From: Thermodesulfobacteriota bacterium | GTDB lineage: Bacteria; Desulfobacterota; Desulfobacteria; Desulfobacterales; UBA11574 | NCBI GenBank assembly: GCA_042573625.1 | Contig: JBHPCZ010000002.1 | Coordinates: 9,896 to 73,895, forward strand | Length of the DNA stretch: 64,000 bases | Reading direction: 5' to 3' | Part shown: positions 59,054 to 64,000 of the stretch, in pieces | Layout: each line of letters opens with the position of its first letter | How positions within the stretch are numbered: position 1 is the stretch's first letter | Program-made: the position numbers and the translations under genes | The notes under the pieces: model-generated | What the model saw: the letters and a program-made list of their open reading frames with translations, nothing else | What the model was told of the DNA's origin: nothing | The model's database searches: none

Positions 59054-60253
59054 ATGGTTTCCATGGATAAGATTAAAGAAGCGGAAAGGCTTATCAGCGG
59101 GAAGATTCTCAAAACACCCCTTGTTTATTCCCCCACATTCAGTCGTATGTTTGGTTGTAGCATATATCTCAAACTTGAAAACCTCCAGAAAACGGGATCG
59201 TTTAAAATAAGAGGCGCGACCTATAAAGTGCTGACCCATCTAAAGCAAATCGGTCCGGGGGGCGTGGTGGCGGCCTCTGCAGGAAATCACGCGCAGGGGG
59301 TTGCTTTAGCGGCAAAACAGGCGGGAATCCCGGCAACCATTGTAATGCCTGAATGGGCTTCAATTTCCAAGCAGGAAGCAACGCGCGACTATGGCGGCAA
59401 AGTGATTATTTCGGGGCAGAACGTTGGGGAATGCCTTGAAAAAGCCCGGGAACTTGCCGGAGAAGGAAAGACCTTCATCCACCCCTTCGATGATACGGAC
59501 ATCATCATCGGCCAGGGAACCATTGCGCTGGAAATTTTTAAGGACCTGCCGGACACGGATATGATCATCGTCCCCATTGGGGGGGGCGGACTTGTCTCCG
59601 GGATTGCGACTGCTGCAAAATCGATAAAACCGGCAGTTAAAGTTATTGGCGTTCAGGCCGCTGTCTGTCCGTCCGCTTTTGAATCATTAAAAACGGGCAA
59701 AATCCGCAAAGTCGATTTAAAACCGTCCATCGCCGATGGCATCAGTATTAAACAGATGGGTGAAGTGAATTTCGAAATCATCCGTAAAAAAGTAGACGAA
59801 ATCGTTCTGGTGGAAGAAGAGCAGATCGCCGCGGCAATTTTAATGCTTCTTGAACGGAAAAAAATCCTGGCCGAAGGTTCAGGAGCGGTACCACTGGCTG
59901 CGCTCATGAATGGATCGGTTACCCCTCCTCCGAGCAAAAAGATTGTTCTTGTAATCAGTGGTGGCAACGTGGACAGCCCCTTATTGGATCGTATCATCAA
60001 TAAGGGCTTGATAAAAAACGGTCGCATTGTCCGCTTGCGGCTTCAACTGGATGATACACCGGGTTCTCTGGCCCGTCTGCTGACCCGGGTCGCCCAACTG
60101 AATGCAAACGTGCTTCACATTACCCACGAGCGTAACGTGAAAGATTTTCCCATTTACGTAACACGCGTTGAACTGGAACTGGAAACTCGCGGCACGACCC
60201 ACATAGAAAAGATTACCCATGAACTGCAGAAGGAGGGGTATGTTTTAAGCTAA
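59054..60253 (+). CDS. ilvA: threonine ammonia-lyase (threonine dehydratase) with C-terminal ACT-like domain
   Basis: PLP lysine motif SFKIRGA and GGGGL glycine loop. Start taken at the first ATG (59054), not the TTG at 58991. Confidence 0.9.
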   Translation: MVSMDKIKEAERLISGKILKTPLVYSPTFSRMFGCSIYLKLENLQKTGSFKIRGATYKVLTHLKQIGPGGVVAASAGNHAQGVALAAKQAGIPATIVMPEWASISKQEATRDYGGKVIISGQNVGECLEKARELAGEGKTFIHPFDDTDIIIGQGTIALEIFKDLPDTDMIIVPIGGGGLVSGIATAAKSIKPAVKVIGVQAAVCPSAFESLKTGKIRKVDLKPSIADGISIKQMGEVNFEIIRKKVDEIVLVEEEQIAAAILMLLERKKILAEGSGAVPLAALMNGSVTPPPSKKIVLVISGGNVDSPLLDRIINKGLIKNGRIVRLRLQLDDTPGSLARLLTRVAQLNANVLHITHERNVKDFPIYVTRVELELETRGTTHIEKITHELQKEGYVLS

Positions 60254-60343
60254 CCCGAACATTTCATTATCAATAACAAAAAAAGTTTCATTATTTTCTA
60301 TGAACACCGGCGTCAGCAGGGTGTTTCACAATAAATATTCGGA

Positions 60344-60820
60344 TCAACCCTCATCATCAATATCAACGGATTCATCCTCTGCGACTTTGATGGAAGAGGA
60401 AATCTTTTTCATTTCCACCTCATCATCATACTCTGCGTTTGAAACATCTTCCTCCAGCAATTCATCGATATCCGCAGACTCGTTTTCATCATCTTTCACA
60501 ACTGTCGAGGCTCTACGACCCTTGGTTAGCATGTCGGTATCATCAAACAATAACTCGACGGACTGGTCCTTTTGGGAAGCAATCAGATCCATGACCGCTT
60601 CGGCCATTTTTTCAGCAAATCTGCCAATCGGATACATGTTATCCCTTCTCAATGCTGAAATAAGAATCTCCTTGCCTTCTGCTATGGCAGATTTAATCTC
60701 CTTCTGCTCATAGGTATGCTCGCAGAGCAGTGAAAAGGTTTCTTTATCCAGCTCGGCATATTCTTTGACGACAAGCTCTTTCTTTGCGTTGTTATTCAAA
60801 ATCACATATTTCTGCTTCAT
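60344..60820 (-). CDS. hypothetical protein with strongly acidic C-terminal tail
   Basis: Start at MKQKYVIL with a GGGAG RBS. I recognise no family. The last 60 or so residues are rich in D/E. Confidence 0.5.
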   Translation of the reverse strand: MKQKYVILNNNAKKELVVKEYAELDKETFSLLCEHTYEQKEIKSAIAEGKEILISALRRDNMYPIGRFAEKMAEAVMDLIASQKDQSVELLFDDTDMLTKGRRASTVVKDDENESADIDELLEEDVSNAEYDDEVEMKKISSSIKVAEDESVDIDDEG

Positions 60821-61089
60821 GTCATATCTCCCTTGAAATACGATCAATTACCGCTTCAAACAACCTCTGACATTTCAAGTTGTCTTGTGGTCTTTTACAT
60901 AATTTTGTCTGGAAACCATAAAATAATAATCCTGTCAACAGGCAATAGTCGTACAACAAAAAAAGATCGTATTTTTTCTATCGCACTTTAAAAATTAAAG
61001 CGCATATCTACTTTCTCCGCGATGAATTGAAAATGTCTTTCTTTGTCTTTATAAGATATTCGTATAACCGGCAGAGATCAATAAAAGCA

Positions 61090-61118
61090 TTGACCTGTAA
61101 TTTTCAAGATGGTAATTT
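61090..61118 (+). promoter_or_regulatory. putative sigma-70 promoter for the tRNA-Ser genes
   Basis: TTGACC (61090-61095), 17-nt spacer, TAATTT (61113-61118), about 35 nt upstream of tRNA-Ser(TGA). Confidence 0.35.
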
Positions 61119-61153
61119 GCGTTGTTTAAGTTGGGCGATTTAGGTATTAATAC

Positions 61154-61241
61154 GGAGGGATGGCTGAGTGGTTGAAAGCGGCGGTCTTGAAAACCGTTGA
61201 GTGTAACAGCTCCGTGGGTTCGAATCCTACTCCCTCCGCCA
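61154..61241 (+). tRNA. tRNA-Ser (TGA), CCA encoded
   Basis: GGAGGGATGGCTGAGTGGTTGAAAGCGGCGGTCTTGAAAACCGTTGAGTGTAACAGCTCCGTGGGTTCGAATCCTACTCCCTCCGCCA. Long variable arm. Confidence 0.95.
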
Positions 61242-61333
61242 TTTTCCACAGCACGTTAAATGGCTGATTGGTAAAATGTAAGGATGTTAGTCAACAAAAA
61301 CGGATTCATCGATCAACCCAATCACAATTTAAC

Positions 61334-61478
61334 TAGTGTCCATCCATAAATGATGATTTTTGTTCAAGATCAAGGCATGCAAAAAAAATAACCGGAGGCA
61401 TATGTGTTATATTCCGAGGATTATTTTTTGAGCATAACGCAGAGATTGGGCAAAAAGACCATTTATGGGTGGACACTA
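61334..61478. mobile_element. MITE copy 2 (145 bp), TA-flanked, same family as 9979-10188
   Basis: TAGTGTCCATCCATAAATGATG ... GACCATTTATGGGTGGACACTA. The terminal inverted repeat is about 22 bp and nearly perfect. Inserted between the two tRNA-Ser genes. Confidence 0.85.
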
Positions 61479-61487
61479 ACCAAAAAT

Positions 61488-61580
61488 GGAGAGATGGCCG
61501 AGTTGGCTGAAGGCGCTCGCCTGCTAAGCGAGTGAGGGGTGAAAACTCCTCCGAGGGTTCGAATCCCTCTCTCTCCGCCA
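61488..61580 (+). tRNA. tRNA-Ser (GCT), CCA encoded
   Basis: GGAGAGATGGCCGAGTTGGCTGAAGGCGCTCGCCTGCTAAGCGAGTGAGGGGTGAAAACTCCTCCGAGGGTTCGAATCCCTCTCTCTCCGCCA. Confidence 0.95.
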
Positions 61581-61595
61581 TAAAAACAATAAAAA

Positions 61596-61622
61596 GCCCG
61601 ACCATAATGGTCGGGCTTTTTA
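61596..61622 (+). terminator. rho-independent terminator after tRNA-Ser(GCT)
   Basis: GCCCGACC-ataat-GGTCGGGC followed by TTTTT. Confidence 0.8.
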
Positions 61623-61990
61623 TATTTGATCCATTTTTAATGTACGGCACTGCGCTACTTTACCAATTTTCCCTTACTTCGCATTGATTTTACAGGCAGG
61701 AAATGCGTATTGAAGGTTTTTATTAGAGGAATGTGGTTGGTCGATATCACAACTTTTGAATAATCCTCAAAACAGGTGTTATATTGCAGTAAGCACAAGT
61801 TCCGTTAAATTGGATATTTGGAGGTATCGCAAGTTTTTAAACAATTAGGGGACCTGTGGTACATAGAAGGTATTTAAAGTCTCTTTAGAGTATAATATAT
61901 CTGATTGATAAAAAGGTAGCGCTAAAATAACTCTGCCCTCAAGATTTTAATATTAACCATTTCAGCGTAGTCTTTTACAGAATAGAATTA

Positions 61991-63076
61991 TTATTTGTAT
62001 CTACTAAAATCAACTCCGCGCTCGGTTGCACGTTTTTCATACCAGTCCATCTCGTCCTTGGGCGGTGGGGCAATCTCCTCCGGCTGTTTCCGTACCAGCG
62101 ATATAGCTTCCGATGGACAGGTATCAACACAAAGGCCGCAGCCAATACATTTCTCGCGGATTATCTTGTAAGCATCATCTCCCTCTTCGATAGCGTTTAC
62201 TTGACAGCGGTCATCCTTGCAAATTCCGCAGACATCACACTCATCAGAATTGATTACCGCGAAATAGTATGAATTAATTACATCAGATGCATTTATTCCC
62301 AGTTCATTGATTGCCCGCAAGACTCCACAGCAGCACCCACAGCAATTGCAAATAAAAAAATGACCGCTTTCAACATTCCAGGTCAGATGGACTAATCCGG
62401 CTTCCTCGGCTTTATTAAGTACGGCATAGGCATCGGTTTTTGAGATTGAACGGTAACGATCTGAATCATCGAAAACACCAGGAATTGGCGCATAAGCCGT
62501 GCAGATTTCCAATGGTTTATCACAACCATCGTCCAATAGTTGCTTTTCTTTTTTGCATATACAATCAAATACAGCAAAAGACTGGCTGTTTTCGATGATA
62601 TTTGAAACTTGCTCATGAGACAGTGCTTGCTGCTTATTGGGGATTTCTTTTTCAATGGGGATTGCTTGCATTAGTTGAGGTTTTATTTTGAAGAACTGTT
62701 CACTGTAAACCTTCCCGAACTCTTCACACATCTCGGCTAATTCTCGATCCATATGGGGGAGTTGAAATTCATAAATTCCAAAGACCCAAGGTACCATTTT
62801 GAATATCTTGACATCACCAAGATCAACCCCAAAAATTTGTCCCCGCTTCCTCATATCAGACAGATGTCCCTCCAGGCCTTCCAGTGTGCGCCCTGTTCGC
62901 TCTGAAATTTGTTGTGCTGTTTCAAACTCTAATCGTAAATCACAAAAAAGCTCAGCATCTTCCGGCTGGAATATTCTCTTCAACAGTTTGATCTCTACGC
63001 CCGAATCGGTTGTTGGAAAGCCATTAGGAAGCGTATCGAGGACTTTAGCCAGATTGTGAAAAATTTCTTCACTCAT
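61991..63076 (-). CDS. Fe-S protein with two ferredoxin-type 4Fe-4S motifs and a CCG-like cysteine cluster
   Basis: CDVCGICKDDRC and CIGCGLCVDTCP motifs, plus the unusual FICNCCGCCCG and CICKKEK..GCDKPLEIC. Confidence 0.7.
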   Translation of the reverse strand: MSEEIFHNLAKVLDTLPNGFPTTDSGVEIKLLKRIFQPEDAELFCDLRLEFETAQQISERTGRTLEGLEGHLSDMRKRGQIFGVDLGDVKIFKMVPWVFGIYEFQLPHMDRELAEMCEEFGKVYSEQFFKIKPQLMQAIPIEKEIPNKQQALSHEQVSNIIENSQSFAVFDCICKKEKQLLDDGCDKPLEICTAYAPIPGVFDDSDRYRSISKTDAYAVLNKAEEAGLVHLTWNVESGHFFICNCCGCCCGVLRAINELGINASDVINSYYFAVINSDECDVCGICKDDRCQVNAIEEGDDAYKIIREKCIGCGLCVDTCPSEAISLVRKQPEEIAPPPKDEMDWYEKRATERGVDFSRYK

Positions 63077-63450
63077 GATTTATAGCCTCCTTTAAGTATT
63101 CAAAAACAGTTAGAATTTGATAGATAGAACGAATCGTCCGAGAATGAGGTCATCACAATTTGAGGTGTTTCACAATGGGAACGGGTTCAAGATAGAGGCC
63201 AAACTTCACAGAAGATTCAGCATTCAGTACGGTATTATATGGCCGTTTTTATGTCAAATGATTATGCAGATACCTTACATCACAAATAAGTTACAATTGC
63301 AGATATCATCAATCGGTTCGGTCGGGCTTGTTTTTTCTTTGCTAAATTAAATTTGCTACCTCTACAGCTCAGTTGTTGCAAACAACCCGGTTTCTTCAAT
63401 GAAATAGATTCTCTTGTTAAACAAAAATATTTCATTCGAAAAATCGAAAC

Positions 63451-63480
63451 AAAAAAAAGGAGATGCCTAATGACATCTCC
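63451..63480 (-). terminator. rho-independent terminator after the QmoC/HdrE-like gene
   Basis: Minus strand reads GGAGATG-tcattagg-CATCTCC followed by TTTTTTTT. Confidence 0.7.
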
Positions 63481-63517
63481 CTTGTTTGATCAACAAATTA
63501 TATTTTCGCACCTATTG

Positions 63518-64000
63518 CTATTCTCTGCCGATATATTCATTATACGCCATGGCCACCGTTCGATAGACCAGATGGGCCAGTTTTGAAAACGGCAGATATG
63601 CGAACAGGTTAAATACAAAAATCAGATGTACGAAATACAAAAAGTAAGACAGGCCGCCTATTCCTGCCAGCCGTGTCATTTCGGTCAGCATACCGGTGAG
63701 CCCGAGTCCGAGAACCAGACCCAGCAGGTACCAATCCTTGTAGGTCGTCGGCTGGTCTGTTTTGGACAGGCGGTTCTTAATCATCAGGATACTGCCGATA
63801 ATCAGGGCCAAACCCCCAATATTCGCCAGCCATTTGGCAGGATGCCACTGTGGATAGGGGCCATGCCATTGCAGTACATAAAGATGAACAAAAAATATGT
63901 TGGTGACGATAAAGAGCGCGATAAACGACCAGAATACCATCAGATGGGCGGTGTCACGATCTTTGTTTTCATCGCACTCGGCAAATTTGTCCTGCTTTAA
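63518..64000 (-). CDS. NarI/HdrE/QmoC-like heme-b membrane subunit, C-terminal part; the gene runs off the window end
   Basis: The frame stays open upstream of the listed Met (..LKQDKFAECDENKDRDTAHLMVFW..). Three or four TM helices, ending in YLPFSKLAHLVYRTVAM, which is typical of the NarI-like family. Confidence 0.6.
   Translation of the reverse strand, partial: LKQDKFAECDENKDRDTAHLMVFWSFIALFIVTNIFFVHLYVLQWHGPYPQWHPAKWLANIGGLALIIGSILMIKNRLSKTDQPTTYKDWYLLGLVLGLGLTGMLTEMTRLAGIGGLSYFLYFVHLIFVFNLFAYLPFSKLAHLVYRTVAMAYNEYIGRE

Noticed and set aside
61623-61990. AT-rich 370 bp after tRNA-Ser(GCT) as a possible genomic-island integration scar
   Set aside because: No integrase was found, I could find no direct repeat of the tRNA 3' end, and the next genes are ordinary redox genes. 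It is probably just promoter or spacer DNA.

Overview
This 64-kb window is mostly core housekeeping genes. The protein content looks like a Desulfobacterota or delta-proteobacterial anaerobe, but that taxon call is inference only. It rests on glnE/glnD/amtB-glnK/glnA, a QmoC/HdrE-like membrane protein, Fe-S proteins and many sigma-54-type regulators.

Conserved blocks, in order:
- coaX' / ybbR-like / folP / ftsH / tilS (minus strand)
- a long Alu-domain SRP RNA
- grpE-dnaK
- an MFS transporter, an acyl-CoA synthetase and a YibQ-type deacetylase
- tRNA-Asp and tRNA-Val
- lon-clpX-clpP-tig-tRNA-Leu
- an amidase
- a small sensory/accessory patch: an orphan RelA/SpoT-like protein, a zinc-ribbon-AIM24 protein, a hybrid histidine kinase and a CXXCH-containing MCP
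- beta-CASP hydrolase / UbiA prenyltransferase / WbqC
- PPTase / ACT
- rsmI-yraN-rnhB-rplS-(RNA methyltransferase)-trmD-rimM-KH-rpsP-ffh
- rlmN, a PP-loop ATPase and nth
- a nitrogen supercluster, glnE-glnD-amtB-glnK-glnA plus a convergent GAF/sigma-54 activator, with a perfect sigma-54 promoter
- racemase, pyk, a J-domain protein and ilvA
- two tRNA-Ser genes
- an Fe-S protein and a truncated QmoC-like gene.

No CRISPR array, prophage, or recognisable defence or toxin-antitoxin operon was seen.

The non-core signal is mainly non-coding:
- two copies of a TA-flanked MITE
- relics of four-helix-bundle (IVS-protein) genes bracketed by GGTTCAAGG-type inverted repeats
- a second hairpin-forming repeat family
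- a decayed IS200-type transposase
- GC-rich hairpin motifs.

The best candidates for something undescribed are the orphan 403-aa RelA/SpoT-like nucleotidyltransferase, the Bacillus-type SRP RNA in this genomic background, and the translationally coupled WbqC-UbiA pair. CDS coordinates come from the ORF track. Hand-located non-coding coordinates are good to about +/-2 nt.
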